Virus record (IMG/VR): IMGVR_UViG_3300015371_000014 | Coordinates: 1 to 64,000 of that record | Strand: one strand, 5' to 3' | Source of the DNA: a virus | DNA length: 64,000 bases | Notes under the pieces: model-generated | What the model was told of the DNA's origin: nothing | The model's database searches: none | The model's input: the letters and a program-made list of their open reading frames with translations, nothing else | In this document: positions 38,401-47,202 of the stretch, one piece after another | Layout: every line of letters starts with the position of its first letter | Position numbering within the stretch: position 1 is the first letter of the stretch | Position numbers and translations under genes: made by a program

Positions 38401-41400
38401 TTCATGCCCCCTGTTGCTGGAGCCAATACCACGCGCTATGAAGAGTGGAGAACGAGTGAAGGATCTCCTGTAAACGGCGCGGTGGGAACCTGGACGGACA
38501 AAGGTACTCCTGCGGTTAACGCCTCTCAATCTACGACGGCAAACAAGCCTACCCTTGGCTCGAACAAGGTCAATGGGTATACCTCTGTTTCTTTTGATGG
38601 CGTCAATGACTATATGACCTCCGCGCTCTCCTCCTCTGTGCTTGACAGGGCGGTCTTTGCGGTGGTCAGGATGAAGGATCTTAGCTCCGTTCCCGCGCTT
38701 ATGGGTACGAGTGGTGCTGGTGGATTGATTTATTACCTGGGAACCACTGGCACGGTGAGGATCAACAAAAACACTGTTGGCGATATCGGAGCAGGATCGG
38801 TCAACCTTGTTCCTCTCTCAGAGTGGACGATTGTCCATTGGATCGTGAGAGCGACCTCATGGGAAGTAGGAGTCAATGGGCGCAGGGAATTTGGCACCCA
38901 TGCCCAAACACTTACCGCAGGACTCACTTCAACCATTGGTTCTGGCACCACGGGTGCTGGCAACTTCTTCAATGGCGACATTGCCACCATTATCTCCCTG
39001 CCTGCGTCTGACCTGGGAGTGAATGGCGTAGATCGAATGAATGGCTTCCTGGCCCATAAGTACGGGCTTGAAGCGAAACTGCCAGATGATCACCCATTCC
39101 GTTACGACGCCCCTGGGGATCCCGTAGAGCATCACTGGACCGTTGAAGTGATGGATGAGGTTGGGGGAGCTACGGGCACAGGGTATGGCGCTCGTACTGC
39201 TGATAGTGACCTTCCTGATGGTACGACAGAGTTCTATCCCTATCTTGGCCCGTGGGGACAAACGTCATTTCCGGTGCAGGACTCAAAGCTCTATTTACGG
39301 ACACCCTATAACTTCAACATGACGATGCGGAATGATCTTGGCTCTGGCGCGGCGAATGCCCTGAGGGATCTTCGTATCCGCACCCTGAAAAAGAACACTT
39401 CCGGAGAGTACGAGGTCGAGCAGGATCCAGGGTGGTTCGATTACGAATTCTGGTCTGGTAGCACCGTCTCTCCTGGGGGCGCGGTCAACTTCTATTGGTG
39501 GATGGCGAATCTTCAACCTCTAGCAATGGGGGCTGATTACCGGGTGGAATTTATGCTACGAGACAAATCCCTCAGGGAAAGTCCGTGGCAGAGTGCGATT
39601 AACTTCCACACGAACTACATCCCTGACCAGGGAACGATCTCTTCGCCGGTTTCACCCACAGCGGTCACCGGATTCCCTCTTGTCCTGGGAACAGTGGATG
39701 ATGCCGACGATACGGCAATTGCATGGTTTAGCGAGCTTTCCAGTCAACTTCTTGTCTACTCAACTGTGGGCAGCCTTGGCTCTGGGAACGGTCAATTCAA
39801 TGCCCCGATGCAGATTGCCAGCGACGGCTCAGGAAATATCTATGTGGCTGATAGCGCGAATGGTCGCTATCAGAAGGTGGATTACGTCTCAGGGTATATC
39901 AGCCAGAACACCCTCCCTCTTGTTGGGGTTTCGGGTATTGATATTGACACAGCAACAGGGGATGTCTTTATCGCCCAGCCTAACGGGACCGTGAGCGAGA
40001 TCATTCGCTACAACTCAGCCGGAACTCAACTCGCTGTTCACGGCAATATCGCCTACAGACCGTTGATGATTGAAATTGGCTCGATTTCTGGCAGTGGGAA
40101 CAAGGGTTTGTTCTACGCCAAGGATCGGCAAAGAACGTTGTGGGTCAGTGACATCAATACCGCAGGAACTGTGGGCGGGGGAACGACGATCACCTCTGGG
40201 ATCGGTGACTCCATGCTTACAAGTGGATGGGGTGTCTATGCTGGGGCCTGGGTCTGGGTGGCGGATAATGCCCAAGCCTCCCTGAAGGGGTTCTGGAACT
40301 ACGGTACGTTGGCCTATGAGATTTCGGACTACCTTCGTATTCTGTCGCCCATTGGTATTGCGGAGGAGCCGTTGACACGCAATGTCTGGGTTACTGACAA
40401 CCTCTCTCATACCATCATGGAGTACTCAAAAGAGGGAGAGTTCCTGCGCCAGTGGGGAGGGTATGGCAGCGCTTCAGGCAAGCTCAATGATCCCATGAGC
40501 TTGGACTGGCTTCTGTACAACTACGGCATGGTTATCGTGTCTGATTCAAGCAATAACCGGGTTCAGACGCTTTCTATTCTGGGCGGGAGCTTCGATGCTG
40601 TGTCCAAGGGGTACTGTGCAGAGGTTGCTATCCAGGGGCCAATGACGGTCACAAACCAAGATTTCAACACCAGTGCCAGTGGGTGGGTAAATGAGGTTTC
40701 AGGCACTATTACTGCCTCTTCTCCAGCTATCAACACCCTTTCCCCTTACGATGGGACTGGTCACCTGAGATCCACGATCACCGCTGCTACCGTGACTGCT
40801 GTGGATAAGAGCGTTTATGCCGCTGTCAGGATGAACTCTGGTATTGGCTTCCCGGTGGTGCCAGGAAATGTCTATGGTGTCAAGGCGAAATTCCGCCGCA
40901 GCAACACGTCCTGGTACGGCAGATTGGCGATTCGCTGGATACGCGCAGATGGCACGTACGAACAGCAGAGCTTCGGAGAGATCGTTCGTCCTACAGCGAA
41001 TGTGTGGACTGAGGCATCCGTTTCTGATGTCTGCCCTCTGAATGCCACGGTCGGAGTCATTGTCCTGCTTGGCGCTCCTGACAAGGTAAGTCCTACAGTA
41101 CCAGTAGATCTCGACTGGGATATGGTGAAGATCGATGACGGGGTGCGCTTCCTTCGCCCCATGACCTATATCGCTGGCGACAGCTTTAGTTACCAAATGG
41201 TCAGTGGAGATATGACTGCTAAAGGCGCATACACCCTCCAGATGCGTGGCAGGGATAACAATAGTGCCGGTCCCTGGTCTGATCCGATTTCAATCAATTA
41301 CGTTGACGGTCCTGCGGCAACGCTTTTGACACCTGTCAGCGGTCAGGTCTTCAACACAGCCACTCCGTACTTCAACTGGATCCTCACCGCAGGAGAGCAG

Positions 41401-41577
41401 TGGGAGTTCAGAGTCGAGGTTTTGGATGCGGTGACCGGGGCTACGGTCTATGACTCTGGCTGGATCCAAAGTGTCTCTGCGAGAACCTTCCAGGTACCAG
41501 TGGGGTATTTAGTTGATGGTGGGTCATACTTCGGTCGGTTGTCGATAGGCAACGGCCAGATTCAGGTTCTGGTGTAG
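35428..41577 (+). CDS. Large multidomain tail adhesin (4 LamG/ConA-like, Ig-like, NHL, CBM-like)
   Basis: Four modules ending YLxxKyGl..HpY; FDGVNDY motifs; NHL repeats GNGQFNAPMQIA..IYVADS. Confidence 0.8.
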   Translation: MARYIVGKKINDFSGASDGAYGTNAFHAQYAGKVRTPGRVVGAGGWLGGDGVAVNRAKLAVYSGEMAWDPQNSLTPLAWFKADAITGLVDNDPVASWANLGSSGAAATNGTGAQRPLYKTNILDGKPVVRFDGSNDILTATGVNIPAIASIFAVFKTPSSGASEKVVYASTGNNHSLSLFQVSASDATMVQLPFAPQYSTIEALSTWEIHSNIYNTTVSRGARNTVNSANFSLGTSGVTAANLSIGAAIGGSLPAGIDLAELIIFNTAVDLPTQYSIEGYLAWKWGLEGLLRADHYYKILPPITGQDDPVNEDPYKLLLETSEFSIQNIWNGELTGGKNYEAESNLPWTPAEISATRMKYWFAADKLTGVSSGAGIPQLTDFSGNGNHATQATGANQATYLSNAINGLPGANFDGVNDYYNLLGPSSISMSQSIFVVIKASDQPIDQALMTFADNNGGLGFYINSTGFPALYKQGTGNILVSGNAAPDNVFCILAANFVQGAAAIYVNGNGWGGTHSITLSAPANGYLIGWSDNNSPTGPIAEIIILQEPYLKDTAEHYRIEGYLSAKYGIALRTNHPYYNNPPKLRGPVVLEGQDLFVSVAAADGFFRAPARYEAGRKMWIQPTSDIDAPDPWDSPFEHTTESLYEVENFMYAVVEENRPPVVTSMSPGNGSVVNTNKPTFSFSTTDPDRTDGFLDYIKRSVIRVFEKFKDGLSYAGQISYTPSIIPSAGYTPEATSSTTWPMFVPSRDLANRMTSQLQSLSINQADLTAVALWGDQSGNGNTAIQNTAGNKPTYRTGQIAGLGAVDFDHLTADYMNMATVSASSRDEAIFAVVRVDSLSGTLFRIILGPSAVGGRFLGIDTTGHLQWGKWGTTGVISTPTITTGQWVIVHAVVTPNTIRLGINGTVDNFIESTALTSSLTTILGAGVIGSGVEQYFDGMMADVIRMPASDLRPGDEERIVAYLAHGYGLTANLPAAHPYKTISPGLRMTFMPPVAGANTTRYEEWRTSEGSPVNGAVGTWTDKGTPAVNASQSTTANKPTLGSNKVNGYTSVSFDGVNDYMTSALSSSVLDRAVFAVVRMKDLSSVPALMGTSGAGGLIYYLGTTGTVRINKNTVGDIGAGSVNLVPLSEWTIVHWIVRATSWEVGVNGRREFGTHAQTLTAGLTSTIGSGTTGAGNFFNGDIATIISLPASDLGVNGVDRMNGFLAHKYGLEAKLPDDHPFRYDAPGDPVEHHWTVEVMDEVGGATGTGYGARTADSDLPDGTTEFYPYLGPWGQTSFPVQDSKLYLRTPYNFNMTMRNDLGSGAANALRDLRIRTLKKNTSGEYEVEQDPGWFDYEFWSGSTVSPGGAVNFYWWMANLQPLAMGADYRVEFMLRDKSLRESPWQSAINFHTNYIPDQGTISSPVSPTAVTGFPLVLGTVDDADDTAIAWFSELSSQLLVYSTVGSLGSGNGQFNAPMQIASDGSGNIYVADSANGRYQKVDYVSGYISQNTLPLVGVSGIDIDTATGDVFIAQPNGTVSEIIRYNSAGTQLAVHGNIAYRPLMIEIGSISGSGNKGLFYAKDRQRTLWVSDINTAGTVGGGTTITSGIGDSMLTSGWGVYAGAWVWVADNAQASLKGFWNYGTLAYEISDYLRILSPIGIAEEPLTRNVWVTDNLSHTIMEYSKEGEFLRQWGGYGSASGKLNDPMSLDWLLYNYGMVIVSDSSNNRVQTLSILGGSFDAVSKGYCAEVAIQGPMTVTNQDFNTSASGWVNEVSGTITASSPAINTLSPYDGTGHLRSTITAATVTAVDKSVYAAVRMNSGIGFPVVPGNVYGVKAKFRRSNTSWYGRLAIRWIRADGTYEQQSFGEIVRPTANVWTEASVSDVCPLNATVGVIVLLGAPDKVSPTVPVDLDWDMVKIDDGVRFLRPMTYIAGDSFSYQMVSGDMTAKGAYTLQMRGRDNNSAGPWSDPISINYVDGPAATLLTPVSGQVFNTATPYFNWILTAGEQWEFRVEVLDAVTGATVYDSGWIQSVSARTFQVPVGYLVDGGSYFGRLSIGNGQIQVLV
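36526..36539. promoter_or_regulatory. Palindrome TTGACAGGTGTCAG
   Basis: Inside CDS (LTGVS). Confidence 0.8.
41326..41339. promoter_or_regulatory. Palindrome TTGACACCTGTCAG
   Basis: Inside CDS (LTPVS). Confidence 0.8.
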
Positions 41578-41586
41578 GAGACAGGC

Positions 41587-42348
41587 ATGGCAACAGTTCC
41601 CTTTACGGTTGACTTCACTGCCCCAGGTGCTTTGTCGTCCTTGACAGCCACCAATACCTCGCTGGCGTTTGATCCCCCAGGAACAGGATCAACGCATAGC
41701 CTGATCTGGACTCCAGTCACAACTGCGCCAGAGAACCTGATCCGGATCGAAGTCTGGAGTGAAGATGCGTTTGAGGCCAGGAAGGTCGCGCAGTTTACCG
41801 ATCCTGCTGTTACGTCGCTCCTGTATTACTTTCCACGGGTTGGTATCCCGATTACCTATAAAGTATTCCAGATCATTCGGTCGGGAGCCGCTACCTTAAT
41901 TGGCCTCTCTGCTCAGGCCACGATTACCGCGACCAGTAAGTGCCTCAGCCTTGTTTCTGTGGTCAACCCTGTAGCCCACCGGATTGCCCTGCAAGCCTGG
42001 AGTGATTTCGGAGAGACACTGCAACAAAACCAGGAATGGGGAATCCCAGCTGGAGGTCAGGACTACTTTGAGGTTGGAGGATCGCTGCGAGGTACGGACA
42101 TCAACATCGCAGCAGAACTCTTCAATCGTACGGATGGGTCAGGGATCACTGCCCTGGATGAGAAGCTGGCCCTAGAGGCACTCTTCAAGGCTATTCCGCC
42201 AGAGACGGTCTGCTTACGTCATCCCCGTGGCGGGAAGTGGTTTGGCCGGTTCAACGGCAGCTGGAGCTTCCCGTATATCTATGGCGGGGAGCGATATCGC
42301 GCCAGTGGTGGGTTCAGGAAAACCTCCTTTGTGGAGGGGAATCTATGA
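41587..42348 (+). CDS. Minor tail (distal tail-like) protein
   Basis: Position; LRHPRGGKWFG. Confidence 0.6.
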   Translation: MATVPFTVDFTAPGALSSLTATNTSLAFDPPGTGSTHSLIWTPVTTAPENLIRIEVWSEDAFEARKVAQFTDPAVTSLLYYFPRVGIPITYKVFQIIRSGAATLIGLSAQATITATSKCLSLVSVVNPVAHRIALQAWSDFGETLQQNQEWGIPAGGQDYFEVGGSLRGTDINIAAELFNRTDGSGITALDEKLALEALFKAIPPETVCLRHPRGGKWFGRFNGSWSFPYIYGGERYRASGGFRKTSFVEGNL

Positions 42349-44309
42349 CCCTCATCCCGTCCGCGACAAACCTCGTTCACAACCCTCGCCCCACGTCTGC
42401 CACCTATATTTCGGTGACTGGCGGATCGGTTCCGTTTGTCACTGATCGCTCGTATTCAGGCACTGGATCAATCTTTGCCACCATCAACAATGGCGCAACA
42501 CTCCAGTGGCAAATCGCTACTGCTGGTGACTCCGATATCACATCACTCCCAAGTGGCGGGACGTATTACGGAGCTTTCCATGTTTCTGGCCCCTTCTCAG
42601 GAGCGAACATCCTCGCCTGGATTCGGCTGACCTACACGGATGCCACCACGACTGACGGCGCAACCGTTGCGGTGACGAGTACCTCGACGCGGTTTGAACG
42701 CGTGACCTTACCATCCGTTGCCGCCACTCCTGGCAAGACCGTCAATTTCATCGAGATTCGCGTCTTCAATAACAGTGGCGCATCCTTCTCGGGATATATT
42801 GGTGGGGCGGATGTTCGTAGAAATCAGGCTATCGATGGGTTTGTCCATGGTAGTGGTGGGGCAAATTACTCCTGGGTAGGGACCGTAAACAACTCTCCCT
42901 CCCTGCGTGCTGCGTTCAACACGACGCCGATCATCGGCTCTGGGGGATCGATCTACCCTAGTATCAAAATCTATGTGGTAGATCGTCAGAATAACATCAT
43001 CAGGGATATCACCTCTCATTATGTGGATGGTGATATCGGGTATGACATGGATGCAGAAACCTGGAAAGGGACGTGCCGCATCATTCTGGATGACCCCAGC
43101 CTGATCACTCCTCTGGGGGTGGAGTTCCTGCGTGTGGTGATGAGGCTTGACTATCCTGATGGAACCTCTCAAGAGGGATCGTTAGGGCAGTTTATGGTGG
43201 ATCTTCCCTCAGAGCGGTGGAGTTCAGGACGCGATCAGTGGACCTATCAAGGGAAGGATCTCCTGGCCTTCCTGGCGCAGCACCAGGGGGCAATCTCTAC
43301 CTCTGGGGGTGGCCTTACCGCACGCGGTGGCATGGCCTTTGCGGCTGGGGTTTCATACCAAGCGGCCCTGGATTATATCTTCTTCACCGTGGTGGGTTTG
43401 GCACGATGGCAAGTATCGCTTCCCGCTATTCCGCAGACGTTTCCCTCTGATTTTGCCTGGGAACGCGGCACCTCGATGCTGAGGATTGTGACGGATATTC
43501 TCCTGGCGGTAGGGATGCAAGCCCCATGGGTTAATCCTCTAGGGGTGATCACCTCTGCCCCAGCCGGAACAAATCCCGCCATCATCGCCCCGTCGATCAC
43601 GCTGGCAACCGGACCAAACTCTCCGATTCGCTGGCCGTTCCAGGTGGACCCTGATGTCGGTGGTATTGCCAACCGGGTCCAGGTCATCTCTTCGATACAC
43701 GTTATCAATCACACCTGGGTGCCGGGATATATCGTTGGTGTTCCTGATGGCACGCTTCCAATGGCGGGGAGTGTGTTCGGGACGGCCTACGAAGAGTCGG
43801 TGATTGAGGCAGAGAAGAGAAAGAAAAAGAAGCACGGCAAAGGAAGGAAGCCACCCCCGCCACCCCCTGGGGTACCAGAGGAGTCGCCAACAGATTCCGG
43901 TCCAGACATCCCTGGGTACTGGCTAGAGGGTGATGATCCGGTCTTCGGTATCGCGGTGAATAACGACCCATCCCACCCAATCTCCACCGTACGCCTGGGG
44001 AGGGTGATTGACCTTCCGGATATCAACGTGCCTCAGGTGGCAAGTCAGGCAGAGGCTGATGCTCTCGCGAATCAAGCGCTGATCAAGGCATCGTCTCTCC
44101 CAATGCGAGCCAGGGTTACCACAATCCCGATGCTGCGGGGCCTGAATGAAGTGTATGAACTCGACATGACCGATGCGGATGGCACGCCGATTGACTCTGG
44201 GCAGGGAAGATATTTCTGCCGGGGCTGGACGATCCAGTTAGGTCTACCATGGGATATGGTTCACACCCTCTCCAGAGTGATTGACTTCGCCAGTACCCCG
44301 TACTTCTAG
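42345..44309 (+). CDS. Tail tip/hub protein with N-terminal CBM-like domain
   Basis: ATG 42345 after GGAGG; SLGQFMV, IANRVQV, STVRLGRVI. Confidence 0.7.
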   Translation: MTLIPSATNLVHNPRPTSATYISVTGGSVPFVTDRSYSGTGSIFATINNGATLQWQIATAGDSDITSLPSGGTYYGAFHVSGPFSGANILAWIRLTYTDATTTDGATVAVTSTSTRFERVTLPSVAATPGKTVNFIEIRVFNNSGASFSGYIGGADVRRNQAIDGFVHGSGGANYSWVGTVNNSPSLRAAFNTTPIIGSGGSIYPSIKIYVVDRQNNIIRDITSHYVDGDIGYDMDAETWKGTCRIILDDPSLITPLGVEFLRVVMRLDYPDGTSQEGSLGQFMVDLPSERWSSGRDQWTYQGKDLLAFLAQHQGAISTSGGGLTARGGMAFAAGVSYQAALDYIFFTVVGLARWQVSLPAIPQTFPSDFAWERGTSMLRIVTDILLAVGMQAPWVNPLGVITSAPAGTNPAIIAPSITLATGPNSPIRWPFQVDPDVGGIANRVQVISSIHVINHTWVPGYIVGVPDGTLPMAGSVFGTAYEESVIEAEKRKKKKHGKGRKPPPPPPGVPEESPTDSGPDIPGYWLEGDDPVFGIAVNNDPSHPISTVRLGRVIDLPDINVPQVASQAEADALANQALIKASSLPMRARVTTIPMLRGLNEVYELDMTDADGTPIDSGQGRYFCRGWTIQLGLPWDMVHTLSRVIDFASTPYF

Positions 44310-44319
44310 GGAGTTATCA

Positions 44320-45324
44320 GTGGTTGCAAGGGACATCAAATCCGGTCACCCTCGTACCTTGAATACGCATCAGGAGATGCAGTCCAGGGATGTGCAGAGG
44401 GCGCAAGCAAATCAGGTTCCTCCAGTCGAGAGATCTGGATTGCATCTGGATACCGTGGTTGGGGTCAACGCTGATGGCGATGTGATGCTGGATCGCTTCA
44501 CGAACGATCAGGGCGTAGGTCAGTTCTTTTCCTGCCTCAATCATACCGCCCCGATCATTGGCGACAACGTCATCTATGGCTATGTGGATGATGCGCCCTT
44601 TGTCCTGGGGAAGATGCCCGATTTCAACCAGCACTGGAGAGTACCGGCGCGAGGGCTGAGAGACACCTTCGATTACGACGATTTCGAGGGATACATTATC
44701 AGCGGAGCAAGTCTCTTTTCGAAGTTCTACTGGGTACTCTCCTCGACCGCAAACTCTGTCTTCGTGACCCCTACCGCAGCGTTTCCAGAACACCCCGGCG
44801 AGATCGATATGAACATCAACACAGCCGGGGTGGTGGGGAACTATTCTGTGATGTACGCCGGAGCCTTGACGTGGGCCATGGCGAACTATCATCAGTTTGA
44901 GTGGATGGTATGGGCGAGTAACGTAACGAATGGTGTCTGTCAGTGCCTTGCCGGTTTGACTGACCATTCAGTGAACTTTACCAACTGCTTTCTCTTCACG
45001 AATCAATACAACGCCACTACGGGAGCGAATAGATGGGTTGCCCTGTGCAACATTGGTGGCGTTGGTCAGTACACCCTTGACCTTGGCATTGACTTCATCA
45101 GTACCCACTATTACATCTTGAACGTTCGAAACCTGGATGGAGTTCGCTGGGTGGCGACGATTGTAAACACGACGAATGGAGATATGTCCGTTCAACCAAT
45201 CAAGTTTGTCCCAACCGTCTACATGGTTCCTGTTATGAGGAACTACCAGCTTGCTGCCAGTGCGCTCACCAAAGACTACATCGTTGACTACTTCGCGTGG
45301 TCAAAGAGGGATCTTGCTCGATGA
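44320..45324 (+). CDS. Minor tail/receptor-binding protein
   Basis: OB-like PIIGD..V.G N-terminus followed by a lectin-like beta region. Confidence 0.6.
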   Translation: MVARDIKSGHPRTLNTHQEMQSRDVQRAQANQVPPVERSGLHLDTVVGVNADGDVMLDRFTNDQGVGQFFSCLNHTAPIIGDNVIYGYVDDAPFVLGKMPDFNQHWRVPARGLRDTFDYDDFEGYIISGASLFSKFYWVLSSTANSVFVTPTAAFPEHPGEIDMNINTAGVVGNYSVMYAGALTWAMANYHQFEWMVWASNVTNGVCQCLAGLTDHSVNFTNCFLFTNQYNATTGANRWVALCNIGGVGQYTLDLGIDFISTHYYILNVRNLDGVRWVATIVNTTNGDMSVQPIKFVPTVYMVPVMRNYQLAASALTKDYIVDYFAWSKRDLAR

Positions 45325-45692
45325 TCTACACAATGCCTAAGAACACCTCGATTCAGGATCTCTTTGCTCGTGACAGCAGTAACGCCGAAACGATTCTCAC
45401 GCGTCTGGCAGAAGGACTGACGAGTCGAGGGTATGTCCTGGGTAGTCTGGGGGTGTACCTCTGTGGCATCGGAGATATCTGTGTCGATGCTGATCGAGAT
45501 CCCAGCCAGGATTGGATAACGTACGTCCCTCCAGCGCAATCAAGTAAGGAAATCACTGAATCCACCAAGGTTTCGCGAGCCTTAGCAGGGCTAGAACGAG
45601 CAAGGGCAGGTACTCTTACCCCGGCAGGGATGCAGGAAGCGGTCGCCTTCTTGCTAGAAGCAGAACTCAGACGCAGGGGAATTGCGACATGA
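45321..45692 (+). CDS. Hypothetical (tail-associated) protein
   Basis: ATGA coupling. Confidence 0.5.
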   Translation: MIYTMPKNTSIQDLFARDSSNAETILTRLAEGLTSRGYVLGSLGVYLCGIGDICVDADRDPSQDWITYVPPAQSSKEITESTKVSRALAGLERARAGTLTPAGMQEAVAFLLEAELRRRGIAT

Positions 45693-45716
45693 GACAAGAC
45701 TGCCAGAGAGGGAGCC

Positions 45717-46199
45717 ATGTACGTACTCAATCCCCTGCTGCTCAAAACAGTGGCAGCGGTGATCATTACGATGACAGCCCTGCAAGACGTAGGAATTACG
45801 TCTGGCCCATCCGACAATATCTGGTATCTCATCTTTGTTACACTTGCCGGGGCGGCGACAGGCTTAAGCAGTGTGACCTACCGGGAGATGCGCCACGGTC
45901 GGGATCGATCAGAGAAGCAAGTTGACGAACTCTCGCCAGCACTCAACAAAGCGACGGGGTCACTGAATGAACTCACAGCTGGTACCCGTGAATACCGAAC
46001 GCTTTTGGCGGATATTGTCAGCGGTCTACAACGTCTCGATAACTCCGTTCGAGAGATCGCGGCAGCGCTTCGCACAAATCGTGAGCTTGTGGAGGATGCC
46101 CGACGAGACATTGAGACACTCTCCCGCCGCATGGACGACATTATCCGCCTTCAAGGAGGAAATCCCGACGAGCGACCCTCCCCCCGAAGACGCCCATGA
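45717..46199 (+). CDS. Membrane protein with coiled coil (lysis module)
   Basis: Two hydrophobic segments then heptad repeats. Confidence 0.6.
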   Translation: MYVLNPLLLKTVAAVIITMTALQDVGITSGPSDNIWYLIFVTLAGAATGLSSVTYREMRHGRDRSEKQVDELSPALNKATGSLNELTAGTREYRTLLADIVSGLQRLDNSVREIAAALRTNRELVEDARRDIETLSRRMDDIIRLQGGNPDERPSPRRRP

Positions 46200-46387
46200 G
46201 ATCGAGAGCGCCATCGTGTCTCTAGAGGAGAGGGCGAAGAAAATCGCAGAGGCGATTCACGACGCAAACGAGGCAGAGAAGAAAGCTCACGAGGAGTTAG
46301 ACAAGCTCCCCACAGATCTGGCACGGTTACGGGAAAAGCTTCGCAGTGTGGGATCTTTCCCTATCGCAGACCAGCTGGAGAGGTAAC

Positions 46388-46870
46388 GTGTTTCTCTTTC
46401 CCTCTCTAAGCGAACCCGACTGGGTTGCCAGTCTTACCAATTACCTCGCTTCCCTGGCAGGATGGGGAGTCGTGGTGATCTGTGCGATGACCCTGATCGT
46501 GATGCTCAGTCGCCCTTTCGTCTTAGGTCAGCCTATGACACGGGTGCAGAGGGTGACTATCGAACTCTTTATTGCCTTCAACATGCTGATCTGGAGAACG
46601 ATCATCCTTGCCAGGGTGTTGCATCGTACGGATATGCCCCAGCCCTGGAGGTTGATCTTCTGGACTATCGTGCTGCTCTTCTGTTGGAAATTCTTCTTCT
46701 TCGCCCTCTGGCGTACCTGGATCGAACCAGCCAGTAGGGGTATGTGGGTGATCTTCGTGGCGAATGATCGCACGGGAAGAGCGCGTTCGATCCTTGCTGT
46801 CTCCGCGATCATGTTCGTGGCGGTTTTCTGTATCTCCCTGATCCTTCGTATCATAGGAGTGTGGCGATGA
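46388..46870 (+). CDS. Multi-pass membrane protein
   Basis: Four hydrophobic segments. Confidence 0.6.
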   Translation: MFLFPSLSEPDWVASLTNYLASLAGWGVVVICAMTLIVMLSRPFVLGQPMTRVQRVTIELFIAFNMLIWRTIILARVLHRTDMPQPWRLIFWTIVLLFCWKFFFFALWRTWIEPASRGMWVIFVANDRTGRARSILAVSAIMFVAVFCISLILRIIGVWR

Positions 46871-47202
46871 GAATTGTCGGTATCCTGATCGGTCTGTGTC
46901 TCTTGATGGCTGTCCCGGTCATGGCGCAAGAGCAACCAGGATCCAGCGGAAATCCCATCGTGACCTATGATGGGCATCAGATCGAGATTGAGCCAGAGAA
47001 GGGTCCGGTGCAGACCTGTGTAGTGGAAGTCACCACGGTGGAGAATCTGGATACCAAGAATATCCTCACCAAGATCCTGGTGATTGGTCACACCGATAAC
47101 GGCTGGGAGGTGATGGGACTCGCCACAGACAATGTCACTGGCAAGACGCAAGGCACAGACATCAACGATTGCGGCCACAATGTGTGGGATGAGGATCAGT
47201 AA
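46867..47202 (+). CDS. Secreted protein
   Basis: Signal peptide ending VMA. Confidence 0.55.
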   Translation: MRIVGILIGLCLLMAVPVMAQEQPGSSGNPIVTYDGHQIEIEPEKGPVQTCVVEVTTVENLDTKNILTKILVIGHTDNGWEVMGLATDNVTGKTQGTDINDCGHNVWDEDQ

